A DNA stretch of 64,000 bases from an uncultured Aliarcobacter sp. (GTDB lineage: Bacteria > Campylobacterota > Campylobacteria > Campylobacterales > Arcobacteraceae). The notes beneath the pieces were generated by a model, which saw only the letters and a program-made list of their open reading frames with translations, was not told the DNA's origin and made no database searches. The stretch is taken from positions 1,088,001-1,152,000 of the forward strand of contig CAXXLV010000002.1 of NCBI GenBank assembly GCA_963664305.2. Direction: 5' to 3'. Positions within the stretch are counted from its first letter, which is position 1. Each line of letters starts with the position of its first letter. Of the stretch, positions 25,601 through 35,826 are shown piece by piece. The position numbers and the translations under genes were made by a program.

Positions 25601-25802
25601 ATTTACTGTTGGAGTTATGCCACTTGCTATTAGTAGTGGAGCTGGAGCTGCAAGTAAGCACTCTATTGGAACGGGAGTTGTTGGAGGAATGTTAAGTGCT
25701 ACGTTTATAGCGATTTTATTTATTCCATTATTCTTTGTTTTAATTTCAAGACTTACTGGTCACAAAGATGACGAAGTTCTAACAAATAAAGAAGAGGAAT
25801 AA
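22674..25802 (+). CDS. RND efflux permease (HAE1; AcrB/CmeB-like)
   Basis: FFIRKPVFA, GIVVDDAIIVIEN, AKNAILIVEFA, RLRPIIMTSLAF. Confidence 0.96.
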   Translation: MISSFFIRKPVFAGVLSIIIFLTGIIAMFNLPIEQYPRVLPPQIIVSTSYPGASADTIAKTVAAPLEEKINGAKNMLYMNSIAEDSGRLSINIFFEIGTDPDSAKIDVNNRVQAALSKMPEQVQRQGVVVGERSPSILMFAMLQSPNNTYDSIYLSNYALLNLVESLKRVKGVGDAMIFGAKDYSIRIWMDPLKLSKYSLATTDVINAIKEQNNQYAAGKIAAEPIDQKQMYTYTIRTPQRFENPAQFGNIVIRANEDGSTLKLKDIATVELGASDYSVQTRLNGSPSIPIGVFLQSGANSLETAAAIKRALEDASKNFPEDMTYSIPYDSTDFISASIHDVVKTFVEALLLVILIIFIFLQSWRATIIPFIAVPVSIVGAFAGMYALGFSINLLTLFGLVLAIGIVVDDAIIVIENIERHMEEGKTPKEAAFIAMKEVTGALIAIILVLGAVFIPVAFMGGLSGEMYRQFAITIVISVIISGFVALTLTPALCVKILKNKKHEPKGFFKWFNTMFEKATKGYSSLVKKSIRFSLISILLYAGLVFVSWDMFKSMKTGLLPDEDQGTIFVFGFNPPGYSMSKSLELSEEINKIIANDPSVNNIITLAGYDFTTSAQRSHTVATIIKLKNWSERPNPDQEAKALLAKFSKQLMGTSEGFSFAVVPPPIMGMSVTGGFDMYIQDRKGGSIEDLGNIVNQVIEKAKTRPELMGVRTALTANIPQFKIDVDIEKAKAKGVSVSDIYSTINATFGSYYVNDFSLYGRSYRVNLQAKDEFRNNVDDFQYVYVRSSTGELLPINSFITYKKVVGADIVERFNLFQAAKVSGQPAPGYSSGDSLKAIEEVAKEVLPEGYTISWTGTAYQEKQVGGSSAQAFIFGLVFLFLILCALYERWLLPISVVLAVPFAIFGAILATNLRHLDNNIYFQIGLLVLAGLAAKNAILIVEFALQKQKEGLKLIDAAIEAAKVRLRPIIMTSLAFTVGVMPLAISSGAGAASKHSIGTGVVGGMLSATFIAILFIPLFFVLISRLTGHKDDEVLTNKEEE

Positions 25803-25818
25803 ATTCTCTTCTTTATTT
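25784..25818. terminator. bidirectional terminator hairpin between convergent RND and tetR genes
   Basis: 13-bp arms AAATAAAGAAGAG/CTCTTCTTTATTT. Confidence 0.65.
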
Positions 25819-26406
25819 TAAAAAAGGATTTATATTTATTTTAAATATAACATCCTTTGCCTCTTTAAAAGATTCCTTTGTAATTACCTCATTAATAGAA
25901 ATAAAATTTTGCCAATAAGTTGAGATAAACCAATTTAATTTAGCAGAAAGTAAAATCTCATCTTCACTCATTTTTCTAAAAATCTCTTTTGAAATAAAAT
26001 ACTCAATTAGCATTTTTATTTGCTCAATTCTAAGATTTTGTCTTTCGATAAAAATCTCTTTAAATTTAGGTAATGTAGAGATTAAAACAGATGAATCTCT
26101 CATAATAAACTTATAATCCCAAAAAATATCTAAATATAAATCATACATTATAGATAACTCTTCTAAAGGATTTTGACTATTTAATATCTTATCAAAGCTA
26201 TTTAATCTTTCAAATTCTTCAATCATATCTTCATAAATATCAATAATAATATCTTCTTTATTTTTGTAATGATAATACAAATTTCCCGTAGAAATTTTTG
26301 CACTTATTGCAATATGATTTGTTGTAATAGAAAATGTATCATTTTCATTAAACAAATCTAAGGCATATTTTTTTATCTTTTTTTTACTTACTGACTCTTT
26401 TTTCAT
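25813..26406 (-). CDS. TetR/AcrR family transcriptional regulator
   Basis: ITTNHIA...ISTGNLYYHYKNKEDI HTH. Confidence 0.93.
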   Translation of the reverse strand: MKKESVSKKKIKKYALDLFNENDTFSITTNHIAISAKISTGNLYYHYKNKEDIIIDIYEDMIEEFERLNSFDKILNSQNPLEELSIMYDLYLDIFWDYKFIMRDSSVLISTLPKFKEIFIERQNLRIEQIKMLIEYFISKEIFRKMSEDEILLSAKLNWFISTYWQNFISINEVITKESFKEAKDVIFKININPFLK

Positions 26407-26442
26407 AACTGATTATACTTTTTTTTAACTTTTCAAATAATT

Positions 26443-26462
26443 ATTAGAGTATTTACTCTAAT
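26443..26462. promoter_or_regulatory. palindromic operator (probable TetR site)
   Basis: ATTAGAGTA-TT-TACTCTAAT, perfect 9-bp arms between divergent genes. Confidence 0.7.
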
Positions 26463-26518
26463 TTTAAGTTATAATTAATTTGTATAAATATAAAATTTTC
26501 TATCACAAAGGAGTTAAT

Positions 26519-27082
26519 ATGAAACTAGCACCTCCTGGTTCAGGTTTACCAAATCTTGAAAAACTTTTTATAAAAAAAGTTTTAGTTCCAACAATAAGAA
26601 TCCTAATAACTTGGAATATTGCCCTATTTTTATTACAAAGAGAACTAAGAATTATTGATAAATTATTAAAACCTATTGATAAAACCTTACTAACACAAAA
26701 AACACTTATAGATAGAACTTTTGCCATTGAAGATGATACAAGACAATTTTCAATAAATATGGTTTTAGAACATTTAGAAATTGCAGGAAATAAAGTCAAA
26801 AATATTATTGAAACTTTAAGTTTGGAAAAAGAGTTTGATGAAGATATAAAAATAGAAAATGTAAAACCAAAACAAAATGTTGAAAATCAATATGAAAGTT
26901 TTAAAAAGTTCTATGAACAGTATATTTCGTTTATAAAATCTTTAGATAAAAAACAATCAAAAAAGAAGAAAAAACATCCTTGGTTTACAGAATTTAATAA
27001 TTACGATTGGAGTGTATTTATGTTTATGCATACATTTATACATAGAAGACAAATCGAAGCAATAATAAAGGAACTAAAATGA
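26519..27082 (+). CDS. DinB-like (DUF1569-type) four-helix protein
   Basis: SINMVLEHL...HPWF...HTFIHRRQI His triad; start moved to the ATG at 26519 behind an AAGGAG SD. Confidence 0.7.
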   Translation: MKLAPPGSGLPNLEKLFIKKVLVPTIRILITWNIALFLLQRELRIIDKLLKPIDKTLLTQKTLIDRTFAIEDDTRQFSINMVLEHLEIAGNKVKNIIETLSLEKEFDEDIKIENVKPKQNVENQYESFKKFYEQYISFIKSLDKKQSKKKKKHPWFTEFNNYDWSVFMFMHTFIHRRQIEAIIKELK

Positions 27083-27282
27083 GTAAAAATTCAATAGGAA
27101 CAATATTTAGAATTTTCTTAATATTTTTTTCATTAATTAGTTTTTGGCTTGTAACTCTTGCTATATTTTATTTTGTAATTTCATTAATATTTAGTATAGA
27201 GCTTAATTTAAAAACATACTTTATTCTGTTTTCTTGTTTTATAATTTTTAGGATGTTTTATCCTAAAAATGCTTTTGTTTAA
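27079..27282 (+). CDS. small membrane protein (2 TM)
   Basis: ATGA coupling to the upstream gene with SD; hydrophobic 67 aa. Confidence 0.6.
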   Translation: MSKNSIGTIFRIFLIFFSLISFWLVTLAIFYFVISLIFSIELNLKTYFILFSCFIIFRMFYPKNAFV

Positions 27283-27866
27283 ATAAGTGCTTCAATCCAA
27301 GAGATTACTTGATTTAAAGTTTCGGGCTCTTTTTTTGACATAAATACATAAGGTTTATTTTTTCTATTTTCTCTTACATCTTTTTCCATATCAACTAAAT
27401 CTATATCAACGTATGGCGCTAAATCTATTTTATTTACAATTAAAAGGTCAGAAAACAATAACCCTGCTCCTTTTTTTCTTGGAATATCAGCACCTTGTGC
27501 TACATCAATTACATAAATATAATAATCAATTAACTCATAAGAGAAAGTAGCACTAAGATTGTCTCCTCCACTTTCTACAAAAACAATATCAGGATTATAT
27601 TTTTCTTCAAGTTCAACAACTGCTTTTTGATTCATTGAAATATCATCCCTTATTGCTGTATGAGGACAACCACCAGTTTCTACTCCTATGATTCTATTGC
27701 TATCTAAATCAAGAGTTTTTTTTAGATAGTTTGCATCTTCAGTTGTATAAATATCATTTGTTACAATTCCTAAAGAGTATTTATCTTTTAGTAAATTTGT
27801 TAAAGTTTCAATTAGTGAAGTCTTTCCACTTCCAACTGGTCCTGCTATTCCTATTTTTAGGCTCAT
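27279..27866 (-). CDS. ureG: urease accessory GTPase
   Basis: [26 protein letters not shown]. Confidence 0.97.
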   Translation of the reverse strand: MSLKIGIAGPVGSGKTSLIETLTNLLKDKYSLGIVTNDIYTTEDANYLKKTLDLDSNRIIGVETGGCPHTAIRDDISMNQKAVVELEEKYNPDIVFVESGGDNLSATFSYELIDYYIYVIDVAQGADIPRKKGAGLLFSDLLIVNKIDLAPYVDIDLVDMEKDVRENRKNKPYVFMSKKEPETLNQVISWIEALI

Positions 27867-27875
27867 TTTTTTCCT

Positions 27876-28589
27876 TTATGTTGTGAACATCTTTGGTTCT
27901 AAATTTTTATGTGCAAATATAATCTCTTCAAAAAGTGGATTAAAATTTGTGATTTTATTTTCTATATTTTTATAATCAAATTTTTCTAAAATATCATCTA
28001 TTTCAAAAAGCATCTTTTGTATTTCACTTGGTTTTATTCTTGAAATTTTTAGTGTTGTAACTGCAATATTTATAAGATTTTTCTTTGTCCACATAACAAT
28101 AAAATCTTCTATTGAAATATCCATATCAAAAGCCATACAAGCTAAAACTATTATTTCATTTCCTGCACATTTTTTATTTTCAATCAATGAAAAATACTCT
28201 TTCACAATATCTTTTGAAGCAAGATTTTTAATTTGTACAAAATAGTTTTGACCAATATTTTGAGATGCTTTTGCATATTCAAAAGTCAAATAAGCTCCAA
28301 GGGAATTATCAAGTTTTTTTAAAATGCCTAATTTCTCTTTTTCTAAAGCTTCATAAACTTTTTTAACATAAACAAACTCTATTTTTGAATATTGGTCAAT
28401 TATTAGATTTTCTAAATAGATTTTTAAACTATTTATATCTTTTACTTTTTCTTTTAAAACATGAGGTTCAAGTCCAAAAGAGTGTACAAATACACCTGAT
28501 GGAAAACTTCCATCAAGTATTTGCATAAATCTACTAAGGCTTTTTAGATTTGTTTTTTGCATATTAGTGGCTATGGTGTGCTTTTCCAT
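27876..28589 (-). CDS. ureF: urease accessory protein UreF (start 28589 or 28562)
   Basis: QILDGSFPSGVFVHSFGLE; C-terminal KMFTT; position in the cluster. Confidence 0.9.
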   Translation of the reverse strand: MEKHTIATNMQKTNLKSLSRFMQILDGSFPSGVFVHSFGLEPHVLKEKVKDINSLKIYLENLIIDQYSKIEFVYVKKVYEALEKEKLGILKKLDNSLGAYLTFEYAKASQNIGQNYFVQIKNLASKDIVKEYFSLIENKKCAGNEIIVLACMAFDMDISIEDFIVMWTKKNLINIAVTTLKISRIKPSEIQKMLFEIDDILEKFDYKNIENKITNFNPLFEEIIFAHKNLEPKMFTT

Positions 28590-29010
28590 TTGGTTTGAAA
28601 TAACCTTTTGTTTTTTCACACTTTATTTTTTCATTTGTATAACAATCTTTTATAATATCGCTTAAAGAGATATCATCTAAAACTATGATTTTAAACTCTT
28701 CAATCATTACTGGTTGATGACGGTTTCCTATCTCATAAGCTGTTTTTGCAAAAGTTAAAGCATCACTAAACTCTAAAGTAAAAATCTCATCTTCACTTCT
28801 ACTCACTTTTATTCCAACACCATCTTCACAAACTAAAATATCATTTTCATGAAGATGAGTAAATTTAGCTTTTACTACTAGATTTACTCCTTTTTTAGTA
28901 ACAGCTGTTAAATTTGGCTTTTGCATATCAAACCAAGATAACTCAACCTCATCACTAAAAGGTATATCTTTTTTAATTTCTATTATTTTTTTTATCACAC
29001 TAAATTGCAA
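28564..29010 (-). CDS. ureE: urease nickel chaperone UreE
   Basis: AYEIGNRH motif; C-terminal AHHSH. Confidence 0.93.
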   Translation of the reverse strand: MQFSVIKKIIEIKKDIPFSDEVELSWFDMQKPNLTAVTKKGVNLVVKAKFTHLHENDILVCEDGVGIKVSRSEDEIFTLEFSDALTFAKTAYEIGNRHQPVMIEEFKIIVLDDISLSDIIKDCYTNEKIKCEKTKGYFKPNGKAHHSH

Positions 29011-29019
29011 AATTTTTTC

Positions 29020-30723
29020 CTAAAACATAAAATATCGTCTTGCCATTGGCACTTTTTCAACATAATTTGATTCGATTAATTGTCCATTGATTTTTACATC
29101 ATATGTTTCACTATCTATTTCAATATCACCTATAAAATCATTTAGTTTCATATCAGCTTTACCAATATTTCTAACATTTTTTACTGGCAATACCTCTTTT
29201 GAAATTCCTAATTTATCTTTTAGATTTGAACTAGCTACTTTTGAAGTAAATATTACACTTGTAGCACTACTAGCTCGTCCTAGACTTCCAAACATAGGTC
29301 TATACATATTTGGTTCTGGTGTTGGAATTGATGCGTTACTATCACCCATCATAGCAAGTGCAATAAATCCACCTTTTATGATGATTTCAGGTTTTACTCC
29401 AAAAAATGCTCGATTCCATAAAACTAAATCTGCCATTTTTCCAACTTCTACACTTCCCACATATTCATCAATTCCAGAAGCAATTGCCGGATTTATAGTA
29501 TATTTTGCGATATATCTTTTGATTCTATTGTTATCACTTTTTTCATCATCACCAACTAAAACTCCACGTTGTTGTTTCATACTGTCAGCAACTTGCCAAG
29601 TTCTAATAATAACTTCTCCTACTCTTCCCATAGCTTGAGAGTCTGAACTAGTTATTGAAATAGCTCCTAAATCATGTAACACATCTTCAGCAGCAATTGT
29701 TTTTCCTCTGATTCTACTCTCTGCAAAACTAACATCTTCAGGAATTTTTGGACTTAAATGATGACAAACCATAAGCATATCAAGATGTTCTTCAATTGTA
29801 TTTTTAGTATATGGCAAAGTTGGATTTGTACTTGATGGAAGTACATTTGATAGACCTGCAACTTTCATAATATCAGGTGCATGACCACCACCAGCTCCTT
29901 CACTATGGAAAGTATGAATTGTTCTATTTTTAAATGCTCCAACTGTTGCTTCAACAAATCCTGATTCATTAAGTGTATCTGTATGAATTGCAACTTGAAC
30001 ATCAAAATCATCAGCAACACTTAAACAAGTATCAATAGCATTTGGCGTACTTCCCCAATCTTCATGAAGTTTTAATCCCATAGCACCAGCTTCTATCTGA
30101 ACTTTTAAAGCTTCATATGATGAACTATTTCCTTTTCCCATAAATCCAAAATTTAAAGGTAAATCATCAACACTTTGTATCATCTTACTTATATTCCACT
30201 CTCCTGGAGTACAAGTTGTAGCATTTGTTCCAGTATTTGGACCAGTTCCTCCACCTATCATAGTAGTAACTCCAGAACTTAAAGCTTCATCTATTTGACC
30301 TGGACTTATAAAGTGAATATGTGTATCTATTCCACCTGCAGTTATAATTTTTCCCTCAGCTGAAAGAATTTCAGTATTTGCTCCAATTTCTAAACCATGA
30401 GTTATTCCATCACAAAGATTTGGATTCCCTGATTTTCCAATGGCTAAAATTTTTCCATCTTTGATTCCAATATCTGCTTTATAAATCCCTGTATAATCAA
30501 TAATGATTGCATTTGTAATAATCAAATCAGCAACATCAACAGCAGTTGGACTTTGAGCCATACCATCACGTACAGTTTTCCCACCACCAAACTTACTCTC
30601 TTCACCATAAGTTGTATAATCTTTTTCTATTTTAGCAATTAACGAAGTATCAGCAAGTCTAAATCTATCACCAACAGTTGGTCCATACATAGAAGCATAT
30701 TTTTCTTTTGATATTTTATACAT
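29020..30723 (-). CDS. ureC: urease catalytic (alpha) subunit
   Basis: [44 protein letters not shown]. Confidence 0.98.
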   Translation of the reverse strand: MYKISKEKYASMYGPTVGDRFRLADTSLIAKIEKDYTTYGEESKFGGGKTVRDGMAQSPTAVDVADLIITNAIIIDYTGIYKADIGIKDGKILAIGKSGNPNLCDGITHGLEIGANTEILSAEGKIITAGGIDTHIHFISPGQIDEALSSGVTTMIGGGTGPNTGTNATTCTPGEWNISKMIQSVDDLPLNFGFMGKGNSSSYEALKVQIEAGAMGLKLHEDWGSTPNAIDTCLSVADDFDVQVAIHTDTLNESGFVEATVGAFKNRTIHTFHSEGAGGGHAPDIMKVAGLSNVLPSSTNPTLPYTKNTIEEHLDMLMVCHHLSPKIPEDVSFAESRIRGKTIAAEDVLHDLGAISITSSDSQAMGRVGEVIIRTWQVADSMKQQRGVLVGDDEKSDNNRIKRYIAKYTINPAIASGIDEYVGSVEVGKMADLVLWNRAFFGVKPEIIIKGGFIALAMMGDSNASIPTPEPNMYRPMFGSLGRASSATSVIFTSKVASSNLKDKLGISKEVLPVKNVRNIGKADMKLNDFIGDIEIDSETYDVKINGQLIESNYVEKVPMARRYFMF

Positions 30724-30746
30724 GGTAATTCCTTTCAGTCATCATC

Positions 30747-31424
30747 TTACTCTCCTAAAAACTTTGAAAGATTTTGCATAGCTTTAGCCTTAACATTTTC
30801 ATCATCTAAGAAACCTTCAACTAAACCATTAAATCCACTAACATATCTTCTACCACTAAAATCAATCAAGTTTACACTCTTTTTACTTCCTGGCTCAAAT
30901 CTTACAGATGTTCCTGCAGGAATATCTATTCTTTTTCCATAAGCTTTAACTCTTTCAAAACTAAGTTCTTTATTTACTTCAAAGAAATGGTAGTGAGAAC
31001 CCACTTGAACTGGTCTATCACCTTTATTTTCTATTTCAATTGTAATAATATCTTTTGAAGAGTTTAGTTCTATTTCACCCTCATCTACAAGATATTCTCC
31101 AGGAATTAACTTATTTTTATCATAAGGAATTGGATTATGAACAGTAACTAATTTTGTACCATCTTCAAATGTTGCTTCAACTTGAACCATATACATCATA
31201 GATGCAACACCTTCAAGAACATCATCTTCTTTTAAAACTTTTGTAGCATCAACCATAAGTTGTGCAACACTTTTTCCATCTCGTGCACCCTCAATTATAT
31301 ATGAGCTTAAAATTGAAACTGCTTCAGGATAGTTTAGTTTTAAACCTCTCTCTTTTCGCTCTAAGGCTAACTTTGAAGCTGTATAAATCAATAACTTTTC
31401 TTGTTCTCTATTTGTTAAAAACAT
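30747..31424 (-). CDS. ureA: fused urease gamma-beta subunit
   Basis: N-terminal gamma domain ([20 protein letters not shown]) fused to beta domain ([15 protein letters not shown]). Confidence 0.96.
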   Translation of the reverse strand: MFLTNREQEKLLIYTASKLALERKERGLKLNYPEAVSILSSYIIEGARDGKSVAQLMVDATKVLKEDDVLEGVASMMYMVQVEATFEDGTKLVTVHNPIPYDKNKLIPGEYLVDEGEIELNSSKDIITIEIENKGDRPVQVGSHYHFFEVNKELSFERVKAYGKRIDIPAGTSVRFEPGSKKSVNLIDFSGRRYVSGFNGLVEGFLDDENVKAKAMQNLSKFLGE

Positions 31425-31433
31425 TTTTCCTCC

Positions 31434-32186
31434 TTATTGTTTACCTAAATTAAATTTATTTTTATTTAACTCTTTTCTATAAAGTTCCCAAATCTTAAAA
31501 ATTTGACTTTTTAACTCAAACATATTGTTTGAACTGATTACTCCAAGAATGATTTTTTTATTTTTAGTGTATGTAAAACTTTCAAACTTTTCCAAATAAA
31601 TCTTATTTAAAAACTCTTCATTGTTATTTGTTTTTATATAAATCTTTGCAAAAATAAAATTAGTACTACTTTTTCTACTGATATAATCTTTTAATTCATC
31701 ACCTTTTACATCAAATTTTTCCATATACTCAATACTTTTTTCACAATAAAATGAGTTTTTTATAAGCATATTTGAAAAATCAAAATTCTCAAAACTTCTT
31801 CCACGACTTAAAATATCTGTATAAAAAAAAGTTGAATTTTCATCACTTTTTAGATTAAAAAACTGAATATAACGTGAGTTTTTGTATAAAATCAACTCAT
31901 CATTTATAAACTCTAAATTTGAGTTATTTTTCAAAACAATGTCAATTTTTTGGATTCCAAACTCTTTTTTGCTAGGATATATTTTTGTAGCTGATTCAGT
32001 TGTAAGGATTGTGTTTGAATTATCAAGGCTTAAAGATGTTCTTATTTTATCCTTTGGAAAAATACCTTCACCTATATTTAATAACTTTATATAGTTTTCA
32101 TTATCGTTAAAATGATAGTGTCTTGAAGGAAGTTGTAATTTATCTAAAGAAAAAACCTCATCTTTAAAACTAAACTTTATACTCAT
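31434..32186 (-). CDS. ureD: urease accessory protein UreD/UreH
   Basis: GEGIFPKD, TTESATKIY; start set at ATG 32186 behind AGGAG. Confidence 0.9.
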   Translation of the reverse strand: MSIKFSFKDEVFSLDKLQLPSRHYHFNDNENYIKLLNIGEGIFPKDKIRTSLSLDNSNTILTTESATKIYPSKKEFGIQKIDIVLKNNSNLEFINDELILYKNSRYIQFFNLKSDENSTFFYTDILSRGRSFENFDFSNMLIKNSFYCEKSIEYMEKFDVKGDELKDYISRKSSTNFIFAKIYIKTNNNEEFLNKIYLEKFESFTYTKNKKIILGVISSNNMFELKSQIFKIWELYRKELNKNKFNLGKQ

Positions 32187-32296
32187 TTTTCTCCTAAAAA
32201 TCACTCTTTAATCTATAAATATTTTATCAAAAAAAGATAGATTACTTTTTTTTCACCTGTATAAATATTATATAGTTTTTGCTTGTTGGATTTTGG

Positions 32297-32317
32297 AAAA
32301 ACAACACTAAAACAACA
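32297..32317 (+). repeat. 21-bp repeat, copy 1 (AAAAACAACACTAAAACAACA)
   Basis: Exact reverse complement of 38807-38827. Confidence 0.9.
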
Positions 32318-32390
32318 ATCATATCCTTTAATTATTATAATTTATACAATTATAATGATAAAATCAAAATAAAAAATATAGGACTCTGTT

Positions 32391-33161
32391 ATGTTTGAAA
32401 ATTTTACATCCTCTGCAAAAGATTTAGCAAAAAATCCTTTAGGGATTATTGCACTCTTTATAGTTTTAGTATATGGGTTTGCATGTTTATTATTTGGTTT
32501 TTCTGCTGAAAAGTTAATTAGCCAAGAAAGAATGCCTATTATATATTTTGTTATATTATTTCCCATAGCAATTTTAATATTGTTTGGCTGGTTAGTATCA
32601 AAACATCACGATAAACTCTACGCTCCTTCGGATTTTAAAGATGATAAATCTTTTTTAGCAACAATAAATCAAAATAAAATAAAAAATATAAGTAACCATG
32701 AACTTAATATTGAAGATTTAATTAATTATGGACGAGATTTTGAAATTGTAACTGAGAATGAAGAAAATATAAAAAAATCACTTATAGAAAAGAATTTAAT
32801 CACTAATTTAGAAGATCCTACTATCAAAGTCTTAATTAGACAATTAGCTGTAAGTCAGGTGCTAACTTGGTTTGAAAAAACATATAATATAATATTTGGT
32901 AGCCAAATTAGAATTTTATTACATGGAGAGAATAATACAGACTTTCTAATAGACAAAGATTATATTTTAGGAACATTTGAAGCTACTAAAGAAATATACA
33001 AAGATATATATAAAGATTGGCAAATCAATGATTACTTAAAATTTTTACTAGAAAGCAATTTATTAGAGAAAAGAAATGAAAATTTCATACTAACTACAAG
33101 AGGAAAAGAATTTTTAAGAATGATGAAAAATTCAAATTACTCAGAATATAAAAGTCTTTAA
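32391..33161 (+). CDS. hypothetical protein, 2 N-terminal TM and possible C-terminal winged helix
   Basis: 256-aa ORF with SD; NPLGIIALF...LYAPSDF N-terminus; YLKFL...ILTTRGKEFL C-terminus. Confidence 0.75.
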   Translation: MFENFTSSAKDLAKNPLGIIALFIVLVYGFACLLFGFSAEKLISQERMPIIYFVILFPIAILILFGWLVSKHHDKLYAPSDFKDDKSFLATINQNKIKNISNHELNIEDLINYGRDFEIVTENEENIKKSLIEKNLITNLEDPTIKVLIRQLAVSQVLTWFEKTYNIIFGSQIRILLHGENNTDFLIDKDYILGTFEATKEIYKDIYKDWQINDYLKFLLESNLLEKRNENFILTTRGKEFLRMMKNSNYSEYKSL

Positions 33162-33169
33162 TTCTTAAC

Positions 33170-33206
33170 TAATTTGTGAATATATGATTTATATATTCAC
33201 AAATTA
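33170..33206. terminator. hairpin between convergent genes (probable terminator)
   Basis: Perfect 16-bp arms TAATTTGTGAATATAT/ATATATTCACAAATTA, 5-nt loop. Confidence 0.65.
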
Positions 33207-33225
33207 AGTATTAAATAAAAAAACT

Positions 33226-33921
33226 CTAAACCGACATATACTTCCTAATAATTTCATCACTAAGTTGCCCTATTTCACCATTTGCAACTACACTTCCCCT
33301 ATCAAGGACATAAAAATCATCACCATGTCGTCTAGCAAATGGTAGTTTTTGCTCAACTAACATAACAGTTATTTGCTCTTCTTTTGTAAGATAATCAATA
33401 ACCTCTCCAATTTGAGCTACGATATTTGGTTGTATTCCTTCACTTGGTTCATCAAGTATTAAAAAATCTGGGTCAATACATAAAGCTCTTGCGATTGCCA
33501 ATTGTTGTTGTTGACCTCCACTTAAATCTCCACCTTTTCTTTTTTGCATATCTTTTAAAACTGGAAATAAATCATAGATTTTATCTGGAACTTTTTTTAT
33601 TTTATGTCTATTTGACATAACTCCTATTTGAAGATTTTCCAAAACTGTTAATTGAGAAAATATCTCTCTTCCTTGTGGTACATAACCTATTGCAATACTT
33701 GCACGTTTATGGTCAGGAAGTTTTGAAATATCAGTATCATTATAGATTAGTCCTCCATCTTTTATTGGAAGTAAACCCATGATAACTTTACTTAAAGTTG
33801 TTTTTCCAACTCCATTTCTTCCCATAACACAAGTACATCTACCTTTTTTAAACTCTAAGTTTAAATCCCAAAGAGTGTGACTTTGTCCATAAAATTGATT
33901 TACTTTTTCTATTTTTAACAT
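33226..33921 (-). CDS. urtE: urea ABC transporter ATPase
   Basis: GRNGVGKT, GYVPQGREIF, LSGGQQQQLAIAR, EGIQPNI. Confidence 0.93.
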   Translation of the reverse strand: MLKIEKVNQFYGQSHTLWDLNLEFKKGRCTCVMGRNGVGKTTLSKVIMGLLPIKDGGLIYNDTDISKLPDHKRASIAIGYVPQGREIFSQLTVLENLQIGVMSNRHKIKKVPDKIYDLFPVLKDMQKRKGGDLSGGQQQQLAIARALCIDPDFLILDEPSEGIQPNIVAQIGEVIDYLTKEEQITVMLVEQKLPFARRHGDDFYVLDRGSVVANGEIGQLSDEIIRKYMSV

Positions 33922-33923
33922 CA

Positions 33924-34712
33924 CTATTCTCCTAGATATACTTTTCGTACTTTTTCATTGTTTTGTATTGCATCCATACTTCCTTCTGCAAGTACAGACC
34001 CTTCATGTAAAACAGTTACTTTTTTTGCAATACTTCTAATAAACTCCATATCATGCTCAACTACAACTACCGCATTTTCTTTTGATAAACTTGTTAAAAT
34101 CTCTGCTGTTTTTTCAACCTCTTGTGGTGTCATTCCTGCAACTGGTTCATCTACAAGTAAAAGTTTTGGCTCTTGCATGATTAACATACCGATTTCTAGC
34201 CACTGTTTTTGACCATGAGATAATATTCCAGCTTGTTGGTTATATAACTCTTTTAAACCTATTAGTTTCATAGTCTCTTCGATTTTATCTTTTTGCTCTG
34301 TTCTTAGTTTTGAAAAAAGTGTTTTAAAAAATCTTTTATCGTCTTTCATTGCAAGTTCAAGATTTTCAAAAACTGTATGATTTGCAAAAACTGTTGGTTT
34401 TTGAAACTTTCTTCCAATTCCAATTTGAGCGATACTTGGTTCATCCATAGAAAGTAAATCTACTGCTTCACCAAATACAACTTGTCCCTCATCTGGTTTT
34501 GTTTTACCTGTAACTACGTCCATCATAGTTGATTTTCCAGCTCCATTTGCACCAATAATACATCTTAGTTCCCCATAATTTATAGAAAAACTAAGATTAT
34601 TTAAGGCTTTAAAACCATCAAAACTAACACTAACACCATCAACTAATAGGATTCTATCACCTATTTTTAAATCACCTATTCTTTGTTCATTATCATGTTT
34701 TAATAGTCTCAT
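33924..34712 (-). CDS. urtD: urea ABC transporter ATPase
   Basis: GANGAGKS, GRKFQKPTVF, LSHGQKQWLEIGM. Confidence 0.94.
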   Translation of the reverse strand: MRLLKHDNEQRIGDLKIGDRILLVDGVSVSFDGFKALNNLSFSINYGELRCIIGANGAGKSTMMDVVTGKTKPDEGQVVFGEAVDLLSMDEPSIAQIGIGRKFQKPTVFANHTVFENLELAMKDDKRFFKTLFSKLRTEQKDKIEETMKLIGLKELYNQQAGILSHGQKQWLEIGMLIMQEPKLLLVDEPVAGMTPQEVEKTAEILTSLSKENAVVVVEHDMEFIRSIAKKVTVLHEGSVLAEGSMDAIQNNEKVRKVYLGE

Positions 34713-34713
34713 C

Positions 34714-35823
34714 TTAAGCCTTTTTTACTTTTGATTTAAACATTGTAAATATTCCAACTACACCTTTTGGAAGATATAGAGTAACTACAACAAAAAGTGC
34801 ACCTAAAGCATATAACCAAACTTCTGGAAGAGCTGATGTAAAATATGTACTTGCAAAACTTACAACTATTGCACCTATTATTGCTCCATAAAGAGTACCT
34901 CGTCCTCCAATTGCAACCCAAATAACAAGTTCAATAGAAAATAAAGGTGAAAAAACCCCAGGATTTATTATTCCTACTTGTGGAACATAAAGAGCTCCAG
35001 CAATTGCAGCTAATATTGCAGATACAACAAAAATAAAAAGTTTATATTGTTCTACTTTATATCCTAAAAATCTCACCCTACTTTCAGCATCTCGAATAGA
35101 AATAACAACTCGTCCAAGACGTGAATTTATAATAAATCTACAAAGTAAATATCCTAAAGTTAAAGCTATAAAAGTGATGATTAATAGTGATACTCTTGTA
35201 GTATCAGCTGATAAATCAAAACCTAAAATATCTTTAAAATCTGTCAGACCATTATTTCCACCAAATCCCATATCATTTCTAAAGAAAGCTAACATAAGTG
35301 CATAAGTTAAAGCTTGTGTTATGATTGAAAGATAAACTCCAGTTACCCTACTTTTAAATGCTAACCATCCAAAAATAAAAGCTAAAAGTGCTGGAACAAA
35401 CATAACCATCAAAAAAGCAAATAAAGGATTATCAAAACCTAACCAAAACCAAGGTAACTCTTTTAGATTCATAAACACCATAAAATCAGGCATTTCTGGA
35501 TTTCCATAAACTCCTCTTTCACCAATTTGACGCATAAGATACATAGCCCAAGCATAACCTCCAAGAGCAAAAAATGCTCCATGACCAAGGCTTAAAACTC
35601 CTAAATATCCCCATACTAAATCAAGAGCAAGAGCAAGTAATGCAAATGCTAAATATTTTCCTAAAATTGTAACTGTAAAAGTCGAAATATAAAAAATCGA
35701 ATCATTTGGAACAAATAAATTACAAAATGAAACTACAAATACTACAACAGCAAGAGATGATAAAACTATTTTCCCACCTTTATCATTTTGCATAATTTTT
35801 AAAATTAATGGTTGCTTTTTCAT
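34714..35823 (-). CDS. urtC: urea ABC transporter permease
   Basis: LDLVWGY, PDFM, GVYLSIITQA, GGNNGLTDF. Confidence 0.94.
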   Translation of the reverse strand: MKKQPLILKIMQNDKGGKIVLSSLAVVVFVVSFCNLFVPNDSIFYISTFTVTILGKYLAFALLALALDLVWGYLGVLSLGHGAFFALGGYAWAMYLMRQIGERGVYGNPEMPDFMVFMNLKELPWFWLGFDNPLFAFLMVMFVPALLAFIFGWLAFKSRVTGVYLSIITQALTYALMLAFFRNDMGFGGNNGLTDFKDILGFDLSADTTRVSLLIITFIALTLGYLLCRFIINSRLGRVVISIRDAESRVRFLGYKVEQYKLFIFVVSAILAAIAGALYVPQVGIINPGVFSPLFSIELVIWVAIGGRGTLYGAIIGAIVVSFASTYFTSALPEVWLYALGALFVVVTLYLPKGVVGIFTMFKSKVKKA

Positions 35824-35826
35824 ATC

